Part shown: one piece after another, positions 41,691 to 50,803 of the stretch
Layout of the letters: each line of letters begins with the position of its first letter
Numbering within the stretch: position 1 is the stretch's first letter
Origin: an uncultured Gammaproteobacteria bacterium
GTDB lineage: Bacteria > Patescibacteriota > Microgenomatia > Levybacterales > GWA1-39-11
Length of the DNA: 63,811 nucleotides
Assembly (NCBI GenBank): GCA_964427615.1
Contig: CAYRUR010000006.1
Location: forward strand, 1 to 63,811
Direction of reading: 5' to 3'
Notes under the pieces: model-generated
Database searches by the model: none
Told to the model about the DNA's origin: nothing
Seen by the model: the letters and a program-made list of their open reading frames with translations, nothing else
Position numbers and translations under genes: made by a program

Positions 41691-42224
41691 TTATTTTGCT
41701 TTTGTCATCAAAAGTATCATTTGTCTACCCTCCATGTGGGTATCTCTTTCTACTTTTGCTGCTTCAGCAAGCTTTTCTTTTACTTTTTGCAGTACTTGTT
41801 CTCCCATCTCTTTTCTCGTTATCTGTCTTCCTCTAAATTTGACTGCAAATTTTACTTTATTTCCATCTTCAAAAAACTCTCGTGCTCTTTTGAGCTTGAT
41901 TTCAAGATCATGCTCATCAATAAAAGGACCAAACTGAATTTGTTTGGTCTCTGAACTCTTTGCCGATCGTTTTTCTACTTGTTTTTTCTTCTTTAATTGA
42001 TACAGAAATTTACTGTAATCAATAATACGAGCAACAGGAGGCTCAGCTGTAGGAGCTATTTCAACTAAATCTAACTCCTTCTCTCTGGCAAGTTCTAAAG
42101 CTTCACTGAGAGGTACTACCCCTATTTGCTTGCCATCTTCACCGAGTAGCCTAATTGTCCGTGCCCGAATCTGTCCATTCCTCCTGTAAAAATTGTCTTT
42201 TTGAAATTTACGATTTTTGTTCAA
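41691..42224 (-). CDS. infC: translation initiation factor IF-3
   Basis: 177-aa ORF with IRARTIRLLGEDGKQIGV and a C-terminal domain. The ORF opens with TTG (no in-frame ATG near the N-terminus) and overlaps the thrS stop by 17 nt. Confidence 0.9.
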   Translation of the reverse strand: MNKNRKFQKDNFYRRNGQIRARTIRLLGEDGKQIGVVPLSEALELAREKELDLVEIAPTAEPPVARIIDYSKFLYQLKKKKQVEKRSAKSSETKQIQFGPFIDEHDLEIKLKRAREFFEDGNKVKFAVKFRGRQITRKEMGEQVLQKVKEKLAEAAKVERDTHMEGRQMILLMTKAK

Positions 42225-43965
42225 TTTCTTCTTTTATATTTGATATAAACGTTGGTACTTCTTGCATACCAAGGTCTTTACCTTCTCTCGTTCTCACTGA
42301 AACGTGTAATTTCCCCGTCTCTTCGGCTTTCACCTCTTCAGTCTTGCCTATTATACACATGTACGGTACCTTTTGTAAAGTGGCCTCTCTAATTTTTGCT
42401 CCTATAGTCTGATTTGAAAGATCAATCTCTGCTCTAATTCCTACTTGTGTCATGGCAGCATATATCTGGGAAGCAGTTTTTTCAAACTTATCCGATAATG
42501 GTAACACTGCAACTTGCATAGGTGAAAGCCATACAGGAAAGGCTCCAGCATAATGTTCAATCAAAATTGAAACAAAACGCTCAATAGATCCCATAACTGC
42601 ACAATGCATCATAACAATTTCCTCTGTTTCTCCTTTTTCATTGGTGATCTTAAGTCCAAATCGTTTTGGTAGATTCAGGTCAAGCTGAATAGTAGCTACT
42701 TGCCACTCTCTACCTAATGCATCTTTAGTCATAAAATCAATTTTTGGACCATACAGAGCTGCTTCACCAGGTGCTTCGTATGCTTTGACTCCTCTTTTTC
42801 TGGCTACATCGCGTAATTTGTCTTCTGCTTCTTGCCATACTTCTTCGTCTCCAATATACTTTTCCATGTGTTCAGGGTCATGCAAGGAAAGTCTTACCTC
42901 TAGTTCAAAACCAAATGTTTTATAAAAAGTGTCAATAATGTCCCATGTTCTCATAAATTCTTCTTCAATCTGAGATTTTCGTAAGAAAACGTGAGCATCA
43001 TCTTGGGTAATAGATCTCACTCGAGAAAGTCCTGATAACTCTCCACTCTGTTCGTCACGATAAACCATAGTAGTTTCGGTAAAACGTACTGGCATTTCTT
43101 TGTAGCTACGTGGTACATGGGCAAAGATTTGTATATGGTGTGGGCAATTCATAGGCTTCATAGCAAACAGATTGCCCTCGCGTGTTTCAATTTTAAAAAG
43201 TTCATCTTTGAATTTATCCCAATGTCCTGATGTTTCATACAAATCTTTTTTAGTGATGTGAGGGATTGTGACTTTTTGATATCCTTTTTCTTTTCTTAAT
43301 TTCCAAATAAAGTCATTTAGTTCTTCTCTGATAATTGTTCCTTTTGGAGTCCAAAGAGGAAGTCCAGGACCTATCAGGGGTGAAAAAGTAAATAAATCTA
43401 GCTCTTTTCCTAGCTTTTTGTGATCTCTTTTTTTTGCTTCTTCAAGCATAGTCAGATGATTTTCAAGTTCCTCTTTGGTAGAAAAACAAGTTCCGTAAAT
43501 ACGGGTAAGCATTTTATTTTTCTCACTACCCCGCCAGTAGGCTCCAGCAAGAGAAAGAAGTTTGAAAGCACCGATTTCTTGACGAGGGTTATCAGTATGT
43601 CCTCCTCGGCACAAGTCCTCAAATTCGCCCATTTTATAGAGCGTTATAGGTTCTCCTCTTTTGCTGATTTCGTCTATGAGCTCTAATTTGTAGGGATTAT
43701 TTTTGTATATTTCTTTTGCTTCTTGCTCTGTTACTTCTCTTTTAGAGTATCCTGTCCAGGTTTTGAGAATTTCCTTCATTTTTTGCTCAATTTTTGGTAG
43801 ATCTGCTTCAGAAATGGGTTGAGCAAAATCAATATCATAGTAAAATCCTCCTTCAATAGCAGGACCAATAGTAATTTTTGCATCAGGATAGAGGGTTAAC
43901 ACCGCAGCAGCAGTAAGGTGTGCACATGTGTGTCTTAAGTTATTCAGTTTTTCATTATTTTCCAT
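42208..43965 (-). CDS. thrS: threonine--tRNA ligase lacking the N-terminal TGS domain
   Basis: 585-aa ORF. It begins at the editing-domain motif LRHTCAHLTAAAV...GFYYDIDF. It carries class II motifs and a C-terminal anticodon-binding domain. Confidence 0.95.
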   Translation of the reverse strand: MENNEKLNNLRHTCAHLTAAAVLTLYPDAKITIGPAIEGGFYYDIDFAQPISEADLPKIEQKMKEILKTWTGYSKREVTEQEAKEIYKNNPYKLELIDEISKRGEPITLYKMGEFEDLCRGGHTDNPRQEIGAFKLLSLAGAYWRGSEKNKMLTRIYGTCFSTKEELENHLTMLEEAKKRDHKKLGKELDLFTFSPLIGPGLPLWTPKGTIIREELNDFIWKLRKEKGYQKVTIPHITKKDLYETSGHWDKFKDELFKIETREGNLFAMKPMNCPHHIQIFAHVPRSYKEMPVRFTETTMVYRDEQSGELSGLSRVRSITQDDAHVFLRKSQIEEEFMRTWDIIDTFYKTFGFELEVRLSLHDPEHMEKYIGDEEVWQEAEDKLRDVARKRGVKAYEAPGEAALYGPKIDFMTKDALGREWQVATIQLDLNLPKRFGLKITNEKGETEEIVMMHCAVMGSIERFVSILIEHYAGAFPVWLSPMQVAVLPLSDKFEKTASQIYAAMTQVGIRAEIDLSNQTIGAKIREATLQKVPYMCIIGKTEEVKAEETGKLHVSVRTREGKDLGMQEVPTFISNIKEEIEQKS

Positions 43966-44190
43966 AATTCTGTGCTTTACTATAGCAAAAATAAGCTTGT
44001 TTATAAAGTGAGAAAGTATATTCAGTTAACGAGTTGCGAGTTAACGGGTTAAAAGGTTGAAAGAAAAGCGTTTAGTGCTTAGAAAAAATTGAGTATGACT
44101 TGAATCTTAAAACTAAAATCGCAAGACGTAAAACTACAACGCAAATCTAAAAACTTTTTTATCTCTCCTGTTAGGTGATTTTCTTTCTTC

Positions 44191-44310
44191 TCCCTCTCCC
44201 CTTGGGAGAGGGTTAGGGTGAGGGAAGAATCATGTCTTTTGTAAACTGTATGGTTTGATATATTTCGAACCTTTCACCCTCACCTTCGTCCTCCCCCATC
44301 AAGGGAGAGG
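44191..44310. repeat. MITE-like inverted pair of the ccctctcc..gagaggg..ggtgaggg module
   Basis: The left arm tccctctccccttgggagagggttagggtgaggg (44191-44224) and the diverged inverted arm caccctcaccttcgtcctcccccatcaagggagagg (44275-44310) flank ~50 nt. A related copy is at 10961-10998. Confidence 0.65.
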
Positions 44311-44380
44311 AAAGTGTTAATGATAGTTTCTAAACGTAAAACCCTATACGCTAAACGCTTGTTCTCTGTTCTCTTAATTC

Positions 44381-44611
44381 TTATCTTTGTTTCTGAAGTT
44401 TATCGTTGTTTTTTTCAACGAATTGTACAATTTCTGATACCACATTTCCGACTATAGGGACATAATTGACTTTACTGATAAAAAATCCGACGAGTGCCAG
44501 AATAACAGCAACTCCTACGGTTGCTCCCAGTCCCCAGGCAATTCCTCCTAAAAAGTTGTGCCAGAGGATATCTTTCAGCGGCTTTTTTGTTACTTGTTCA
44601 TATTTTTCCAT
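44381..44611 (-). CDS. small membrane protein
   Basis: 76-aa ORF with two hydrophobic segments (LGGIAWGLGATVGVAVILALVGFFI). It is tightly packed after ridA. Confidence 0.5.
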   Translation of the reverse strand: MEKYEQVTKKPLKDILWHNFLGGIAWGLGATVGVAVILALVGFFISKVNYVPIVGNVVSEIVQFVEKNNDKLQKQR

Positions 44612-44616
44612 ATTTT

Positions 44617-44997
44617 TTATCCGTTTTTAACAGCAATTGCTTCTATTTCAACAAGTGCGTTTTTTGGTAAATTACTCACTTCTATTGTAGAACGTGCCGG
44701 TTTGTGATTGCCAAAAAAATCTTCATATATAACATTAACAGCAGAAAAGTCTTCAATATTTTTCAAAAAAATAGTTGTTTTTATAACATTTTCAGTTGAA
44801 GCACCTGCTTCTTGTAATACCTTACCTAAATTAACAAGTGCTTGTCTTGTCTGATTCTCAATTCCCTCAACAAGCGCATTTGTTGAAGGATCTATGCCTA
44901 TTTGCCCTGAGCAAAAAATGAAGTTGTCAGAGACTATAGCTTGAGAATACGGTCCTACTGCTTTAGGGGCTTTGTCAGTGTGTATAAATTCTGTCAT
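44617..44997 (-). CDS. ridA: RidA/YjgF-family reactive-intermediate deaminase
   Basis: 126-aa ORF with APKAVGPYSQA, GQIGIDP and PARSTIEV motifs. It is adjacent to ilvA. Confidence 0.85.
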   Translation of the reverse strand: MTEFIHTDKAPKAVGPYSQAIVSDNFIFCSGQIGIDPSTNALVEGIENQTRQALVNLGKVLQEAGASTENVIKTTIFLKNIEDFSAVNVIYEDFFGNHKPARSTIEVSNLPKNALVEIEAIAVKNG

Positions 44998-45027
44998 AGG
45001 GTATGAGTTAATAGTATCATATCAGGC

Positions 45028-46290
45028 TTAGATAATGTATTTGTAGTACACTTCATTGCCGTTTAGCTTATTAAAGTTGATTTCCATAGCTTTCATACGC
45101 TCAAGCAGCGGTTCTAGATCATTTTTATCTTTTAATTCAATACCAATAAGAGCGGGTCCTCTTTCTTTTTCTGTCTTTTTCATATATTCAAAGCGTACGA
45201 TATCATCTGTAGGTCCTAATACAGAATTTACAAATTGTTTAAATGATCCTGGTTTTTGTGCAAATTCGATAATAAAATAATGCTTTTTTCCTTGATAAAT
45301 AAGACTTCTTTCCAAAATCTCCGGATATCTTAATAAATCATTATTGCCGCCACTTAAAATACATACTACTGTCTTACCTTTTATTTCATCTGCTATATCA
45401 TCAAGAGCTGAGATGGAAAGTGCACCTGCAGGTTCTGCAATAATGCCATCTTGCTGATACAAATCAATCATTACAGAGCATACTTTTCCTTCAGGAACCG
45501 TAATAACCTTATCAACATATTTTTGACAGATTGTAAAGGTATTGTTACCGGGCGTTTTGACTGCTGCTCCATCCACAAATGTATCAATTTCAGCAAGTGA
45601 GGTAATACTTCCGTTTTGTAGTGATGTATACATTTCAGCTGCGCCTGTAGGTTCTGTTCCGATCACGCGAATAGCTTCATTTTTTTGCTTCATGTAGGTA
45701 GCAATACCAGAGATAAGTCCGCCACCGCCGATGGAGGCAACAACTACATCTACTTTCCCATTCAAATCTTTGTATATTTCCTCAGCAATGGTCCCTTGTC
45801 CTGCAATGGTAAGTGGATCATCAAAAGGATGTACATAGATTGCTGATTGTTCTTTACAATACCGAAGTGCTGCTTCATTGGCTTCATCAAATGTTTGTCC
45901 AGTCAATTTTATTTGTATATACTCTCCTCCAAGCTTTTTTACTTTTTCAATTTTTTGATTAGGGGTAATAGTAGGCATGAAAATAACACCTTTTATTTTT
46001 AATAATGAACAGCTATAGGCAACACCTTGTGCATGATTACCGGCGCTAGCACACACCACACCTTGTTTTTTTTCACTGTCTGTGAGGGATGCAATCTTGT
46101 TATAAGCACCTCTTATTTTAAAAGAGCGTACTTCTTGTAGATCTTCTCTTTTTACGTAAATAGTTGCATTATATTGCTGAGAAAGTCTTTTTGAGAATTG
46201 GAGTGGAGTCCTATTTACAATAGGTTTTAAGCGTTCTGCTGCTTCCTCAATTGTTTTTATGGTTACGTCTGTTTGGGCTGTTTTTTCCAT
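45028..46290 (-). CDS. ilvA: threonine ammonia-lyase (PLP-dependent) with C-terminal regulatory domain
   Basis: ATG 46290 is preferred over TTG 46302. It has the PLP-lysine motif EVRSFKIRGA, ASAGNHAQG and the glycine loop GGGGLISG. Confidence 0.85.
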   Translation of the reverse strand: MEKTAQTDVTIKTIEEAAERLKPIVNRTPLQFSKRLSQQYNATIYVKREDLQEVRSFKIRGAYNKIASLTDSEKKQGVVCASAGNHAQGVAYSCSLLKIKGVIFMPTITPNQKIEKVKKLGGEYIQIKLTGQTFDEANEAALRYCKEQSAIYVHPFDDPLTIAGQGTIAEEIYKDLNGKVDVVVASIGGGGLISGIATYMKQKNEAIRVIGTEPTGAAEMYTSLQNGSITSLAEIDTFVDGAAVKTPGNNTFTICQKYVDKVITVPEGKVCSVMIDLYQQDGIIAEPAGALSISALDDIADEIKGKTVVCILSGGNNDLLRYPEILERSLIYQGKKHYFIIEFAQKPGSFKQFVNSVLGPTDDIVRFEYMKKTEKERGPALIGIELKDKNDLEPLLERMKAMEINFNKLNGNEVYYKYII

Positions 46291-46572
46291 ACAAATAAGC
46301 AAAAGTGCTGGGAAATATTATATACTCCTCTGCCGTCAAAATACAATCTATGGAGAAAGTGATTAAGGTTTAGACTTTATCATTTTATTGATTATTAATG
46401 GGTTAACGAGCTGGAAAGAAAGATTCATGATTAAGATTTAGGATTCATGAAGAGAAGAAGACAGTAATTAGAAAATAGAGAACAGAAAATAAAGGGCAAG
46501 AATCAGGAATTAAGAGAAGATCCGTGAAGGTTACGTTGAGGCGTATTGTATTATAGTGTGGTAGCGAGTAAA

Positions 46573-47148
46573 TTAAAGTCCCAGCTTACTATCTATCTTT
46601 TGCATTGCACGGAGAGTAATCGTAATAAATTCATTTAGTTTTATATGAAGTTTATCTTCACATTGCGAAATTGTTTGTCTATTAACTCCTTTGGCAAATG
46701 ATTTTTCATGAAATCGTTTTATTACCGATTCAGGCGTTAGGGAGGCAAGTTTTTTGTCTGGGCGTATTAGTGCCGCTGCAACGATAAGTCCTGTAAGTTG
46801 ATCGACGGTGGCAATTGCCCAGTCCATATTGTTTTTCGGTTCAAAGCCCGTATGTTCATAATTATGAGCTTTGATTGCATAGGCAATATCTTCAGGAATA
46901 TCCTGTTCCTTTTCAAAAAGTAGTAATCCATGTTGCTCTGGATGGTTTTTTGCTAATTCATAATCTGCGTCATGTAACAATCCTGTTACTCCCCATTTTT
47001 CTTTTTCGTTTGGGTTATATTCTGACGTTTCTTGATGTAAGTGGTCATATATTTCTTGCATGGATGCTTCACATGCAAGGCAGTGATTAATGAGGTTCTT
47101 ATTGGTAAGATATTTTATGAGAATATGGTATGCTTTATCACGTGTCAT
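46573..47148 (-). CDS. HD-domain hydrolase
   Basis: Start trimmed to ATG 47148 because the longer ORF runs into tRNA-Val. It has the LLHDADYE motif. Confidence 0.7.
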   Translation of the reverse strand: MTRDKAYHILIKYLTNKNLINHCLACEASMQEIYDHLHQETSEYNPNEKEKWGVTGLLHDADYELAKNHPEQHGLLLFEKEQDIPEDIAYAIKAHNYEHTGFEPKNNMDWAIATVDQLTGLIVAAALIRPDKKLASLTPESVIKRFHEKSFAKGVNRQTISQCEDKLHIKLNEFITITLRAMQKIDSKLGL

Positions 47149-47154
47149 GTGGTG

Positions 47155-47228
47155 TGGGCTCAAGAGGACTCGAACCTCTGACCTTTGCAATGTCAATGCA
47201 ACGCTCTAACCAACTGAGCTATGAGCCC
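47155..47228 (-). tRNA. tRNA-Val (anticodon GAC)
   Basis: The reverse complement gggctcatagctcagttggttagagcgttgcaTTGACATtgcaa...ggttcgagtcctcttgagccca folds as a cloverleaf. Confidence 0.9.
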
Positions 47229-47294
47229 AAATCCGTACCTATTGTATCAAAAGGCACGTATGAATACAATTTCAGATATCAAAACCGTTCAAGC

Positions 47295-48368
47295 TTATTT
47301 AACGCTCAATAAAAACTCTTTTAAGATTGTATAGTACTGTTCTAGGCTCTTAATATCTACCCACTCCTCATCTGAGTGCAACCCCGCTCCTTTAGGTCCA
47401 AATTCTACTCCTTCACAGCCAACTTGTGCAAAGTGGCGCAGGTCTGAGCCTCCGTGTCTTTCTATGATAGATGGTGTTTTGTGAGCGACGTTTTTTGTTG
47501 CTTTTTTTAGATATTTTACATATCCATTTTTTACATGGGTATGCATGGAAGTATCATTTGTAAGAACCTCAAATTCAGCTGTAGAGGGCAAAAATGATTG
47601 TATTTTTTCCAGGATTCCATCCGCTTTACCATGCGTGAAGCGGATATCAAGATAAAGAGAACAATCTTCAGGTACAACATTGATGGTGTTATTTGACGTT
47701 TCAATACGAGCAATGTTAACGGTTGATGTCCATTTTGCAGATGAAGGTACAGGAAAGGCTTTATGTATTTTCTGTATTATTTTTTGCATCTGAGTAATTG
47801 CATTATTTCCATTCCACAGATGAGCACCGTGGGCTGCCGTCCCATTTGTTTTTATTTTTACCCACAATACTCCTTTTGCTTTATTACCAATTTGAAAATC
47901 TGTTGGTTCTCCAGCAATTACAAAATCACCTCTTACGCCTTTTTCTATTTGATACAGCGTGCCATTATGCCCCCCTATTTCCTCATCTGTTACGAGTTGT
48001 AAAGCTAGTGGGTAGTTAACAACTCCAGCAAGCTCTTTAAATGCAATAATTTGGGCTGCTGCAGCGGCTTTCATGTCATAACAGCCTCTTCCATAGAGTC
48101 TGCCATCTTTAACGGTGGGACTATACTGATAATCATGTCCTGGTACTACATCTAAATGTGCATTCAAGATGATTTTAAACTGTTCTGGCCTCCCTGGTGT
48201 GTTATAGGCAAGCAAGCTTGGGATACCATTTCTTTCAAACTCTTCTACTGTGTTGCCATTTAGCGCATTTCTGGCAATTTGCAGCACTTCCCGCAATTCT
48301 TCAGCATTTTCATGCGTAGAACGGATAGTTATCAAATTTTTAGCTAACGTTAAGACTGAATCAAACAT
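47295..48368 (-). CDS. M20-family metallopeptidase (ArgE/DapE-like)
   Basis: ATG 48368 is preferred over TTG 48404. Motifs: NAHLDVVPG, GRGCYDMKAAAA, TDEEIGG. It lies 10 nt downstream of the 652-aa gene. Confidence 0.8.
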   Translation of the reverse strand: MFDSVLTLAKNLITIRSTHENAEELREVLQIARNALNGNTVEEFERNGIPSLLAYNTPGRPEQFKIILNAHLDVVPGHDYQYSPTVKDGRLYGRGCYDMKAAAAAQIIAFKELAGVVNYPLALQLVTDEEIGGHNGTLYQIEKGVRGDFVIAGEPTDFQIGNKAKGVLWVKIKTNGTAAHGAHLWNGNNAITQMQKIIQKIHKAFPVPSSAKWTSTVNIARIETSNNTINVVPEDCSLYLDIRFTHGKADGILEKIQSFLPSTAEFEVLTNDTSMHTHVKNGYVKYLKKATKNVAHKTPSIIERHGGSDLRHFAQVGCEGVEFGPKGAGLHSDEEWVDIKSLEQYYTILKEFLLSVK

Positions 48369-48378
48369 AATATCTATT

Positions 48379-50337
48379 TTATCCTGCTTGAGCAAAAGAC
48401 TCAAATGCTTTTTTAACTTTTATGATGTCTTCAGCATTTTTTATCTGCATTTTTTCCAGCTTTCGGACGATTTCAAGAGGAGGTACTCCTCTATCATATT
48501 CTTTAAGGATTACTTCACTGATGGGTCCTTTTGGATCCATAGTATATTCTTCTATGGAATCAGCAGGTTCTTCTAGTAAGTTTTGTATTCTGACTCGTGC
48601 CAGAGCACATTGCATTTCAAGTGCAGGATATTTATCCTGCATATCATTAATAAAACGAATACTCTCATGTATTACCTCAGTTACCTCAGGATGTTCAGGG
48701 TCTGAAAATCCATGCAAACTTGCATCTATTGCTAAGTCTTTTTGTTTATCAGCAGTCGCAATATGAGGATAATTTTCTTTGAAGTATTCAATTGGTTGTT
48801 GCCCATTTGCTAATGCTTCATATGCCCCTACTGCCAGTAGTTGTAAGAAAGAGTTACGTGCTGCCTCATCCATAATAGATGGAGATGATGAGCATCCAGT
48901 GTATTCAATTCTTCCAGTTTTGTCCTCAGGTTTACTTGTGTTAATTCGCGCTCGTGCTCTACCGTGTTGAACCGGGTATTTTTTTCCGTCAATTTCGGCT
49001 ACGAGAGATGCTCTATCAAGTCTATCTGCAGGTCCATTTACTATGTTTTCTGTAATTCTTTCTCGTAAGGCTTCAGGAGTTCTAATAAAACCACTTGGGA
49101 AGCCAGTGTTAAGCGTGTAGCGTAGAAGTGCTCTGACATCTCTTGGACGATGCTTTTTCCCATCCATTTCTACTTCTGGAGTTGTTTCCCATACCAGAGG
49201 AGTACTCATCATAAGCATCTCAGCTACTGTAGCTAAATCGCTATTCATTACGTCTGTAACTGCTACCACTTCTTGTTCTGTAACAAATACTCGTCCCTTC
49301 TCATCTCTATGATGTGGAAGGCCAATATTTAAATGAGATGCTGCAATAGCCCAGTATCCTAAGTGTCCAAGTTCTGCTTTCATTTCTTCAAAGTTTGCAT
49401 ATCCTTTTTGTTGAGCTATATTTTCCATCATTTTTTGCGTAGCGGGTTCTAGACAATCAGCTTGCTCTCTGAAAAGTAAATCCTGCATAGATTTGACATA
49501 ATCTCCAATGTCTCCTTCCATACAAATATTCATTTTCTCCGGAGTGCTTGTCATAGGGGTACTGGTGTCTACTATTGCCACATGAGGGTATTTCTCTTTT
49601 CTTTTTTGAATTTGTTCTGATCTTGCTTCAAAGAACGCAAGAGGTTCGCTGACTGGATCTACAGTTTCTTCTATAGTTCCTTTTAAGAGTTCTCCACCGT
49701 CTATATTGGCCAGATCTCCTTTTTCATCTGCTGCAAATCCTTCTGGTTCGCTTCCAAATTTTCCAAATCCACCAAAGGTAGTAGGAATTTGAGAAAAATC
49801 TGGGGCATCTTTGATTGCTTGAATCATTTTTCCAGCATATTCTGTAACGTATTCATCGTCTACGGCTTTCATGAGAGAAGTTTCTACATGATCAGCTGTT
49901 TGTTCTGCCCCAAACGTGATTTTGTCATCAATTTCTGTTGGAATGTATTTTGGATTTTTTATTACAAATGCAATACTTCCGTCTTTATTGAGTCCTACTA
50001 CTCCGGTTTTTTGTAACGTACCAACTAGTGAAATTTCATTATCAATATTTGAGAATTCTTCTTGTCTTTCTGTAATTTCTGCTGAAAGCATAGGGAGAGT
50101 GAGAGGGGATTCACAGGAAAGATATTTTTTCTTTGCTTCTTTTGTGGATGAGGGTGTTTTATTTTCAGAGTGTGTTGAGATGATCCCATTAGGTCCAACG
50201 TTTTCAAGTGGTACATTACTATGTCCGTTAGACTCTGCTCCATTAAAAGCCATTGGTTGTGTGGTTTCTGCCATAGGATAATCTCCAGCTTCTATCTGGT
50301 GTGTAATTCTATGTTGTTCTAAATAATTTCTAGCCAT
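48379..50337 (-). CDS. large hypothetical protein; C-terminal half weakly resembles carboxylate-amine ligase (GCS2/glutamine-synthetase fold)
   Basis: 652-aa ORF. SHLNIGLPH, MMSTPLVWE...RPRD and GRIEYTGCSSSPS are loosely reminiscent of YbdK-type ligases (recollection only). An alternative SD-preceded start is at ATG 50274. Confidence 0.6.
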   Translation of the reverse strand: MARNYLEQHRITHQIEAGDYPMAETTQPMAFNGAESNGHSNVPLENVGPNGIISTHSENKTPSSTKEAKKKYLSCESPLTLPMLSAEITERQEEFSNIDNEISLVGTLQKTGVVGLNKDGSIAFVIKNPKYIPTEIDDKITFGAEQTADHVETSLMKAVDDEYVTEYAGKMIQAIKDAPDFSQIPTTFGGFGKFGSEPEGFAADEKGDLANIDGGELLKGTIEETVDPVSEPLAFFEARSEQIQKRKEKYPHVAIVDTSTPMTSTPEKMNICMEGDIGDYVKSMQDLLFREQADCLEPATQKMMENIAQQKGYANFEEMKAELGHLGYWAIAASHLNIGLPHHRDEKGRVFVTEQEVVAVTDVMNSDLATVAEMLMMSTPLVWETTPEVEMDGKKHRPRDVRALLRYTLNTGFPSGFIRTPEALRERITENIVNGPADRLDRASLVAEIDGKKYPVQHGRARARINTSKPEDKTGRIEYTGCSSSPSIMDEAARNSFLQLLAVGAYEALANGQQPIEYFKENYPHIATADKQKDLAIDASLHGFSDPEHPEVTEVIHESIRFINDMQDKYPALEMQCALARVRIQNLLEEPADSIEEYTMDPKGPISEVILKEYDRGVPPLEIVRKLEKMQIKNAEDIIKVKKAFESFAQAG

Positions 50338-50380
50338 AAAATCTTATAGTATTTTACTATATTTTAGTACATTTAGCAAT

Positions 50381-50539
50381 AAAAAAATCTCCCTTTTAGT
50401 GGGAGATTGCAAGTTTTTTAAGTCCTTATGATTCTCCCACCGTATTAGCTGCTCCAAAAAAGGAGGCCAAAGCCAATAATGGGAAGAAACATCTTATTCA
50501 TGGATTCCCATTCTAAAATAGATTCACTTCTTTTGTCAA
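50381..50539 (-). promoter_or_regulatory. cassette 1: promoter, leaderless mini-ORF, antiterminator/terminator
   Basis: -35 TTGACA (50539-34), 18 nt, TAGAAT (50515-10), ATG 50501. E1 GTGGGAGA (50440-33), E2 TCTCCCAC (50406-399), E3 GGGAGA (50393-88), U7 (50387-81). Confidence 0.6.
50445..50501 (-). CDS. 18-codon mini-ORF of cassette 1
   Basis: MNKMFLPIIGFGLLFWSS. Its stop TAA lies 4 nt 5' of E1. The C-terminal LLFW-x-x-stop resembles the cassette 2 peptide. Confidence 0.4.
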   Translation of the reverse strand: MNKMFLPIIGFGLLFWSS

Positions 50540-50589
50540 GGTAAAAAATAGTCATAGTAGTTATATTAGTTTTTGTATATTTATTTTTT

Positions 50590-50803
50590 ATGTTGTTATT
50601 TTGGGTGAAGAAGGGTGAGAAAGCAGTCTAAATTCACGATAAATTGAGAAGCACGTTTGCCACTCATTTTCGTAAATTGCGCATAAGCGCACTACTTCCC
50701 ACCCTTCAGTTGCCTGCTTGAGACTACAATGTCTCGCAGCTGTGTCCGACTTTAGCCTGTGTGGACTGCATCAAGACATTCATGCCGCAAGCAGTGGTTG
50801 TGA
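50590..50803 (-). ncRNA. GC-rich structured RNA segment (3' UTR element or independent ncRNA), class unknown
   Basis: Domain 1 has nested helices on the minus strand: CTGCTTG/CAAGCAG, AATGTCT/AGACATT, GCAG/CTGC, GTCC/GGAC. Domain 2 is closed by GAAGGGTG/CACCCTTC and contains the TGCGC-ttat-GCGCA hairpin. Confidence 0.4.

Noticed and set aside
50445-50555. Longer 36-codon version of mini-ORF 1 (MTIFYLDKRSESILEWES...), or a type I toxin interpretation
   Set aside because: The upstream ATG lies 5' of the predicted -35/-10 boxes, so it would not be on the transcript if that promoter is used. The hydrophobic stretch is too short for a membrane-spanning toxin. The toxin idea is kept only as an alternative in the cassette finding.
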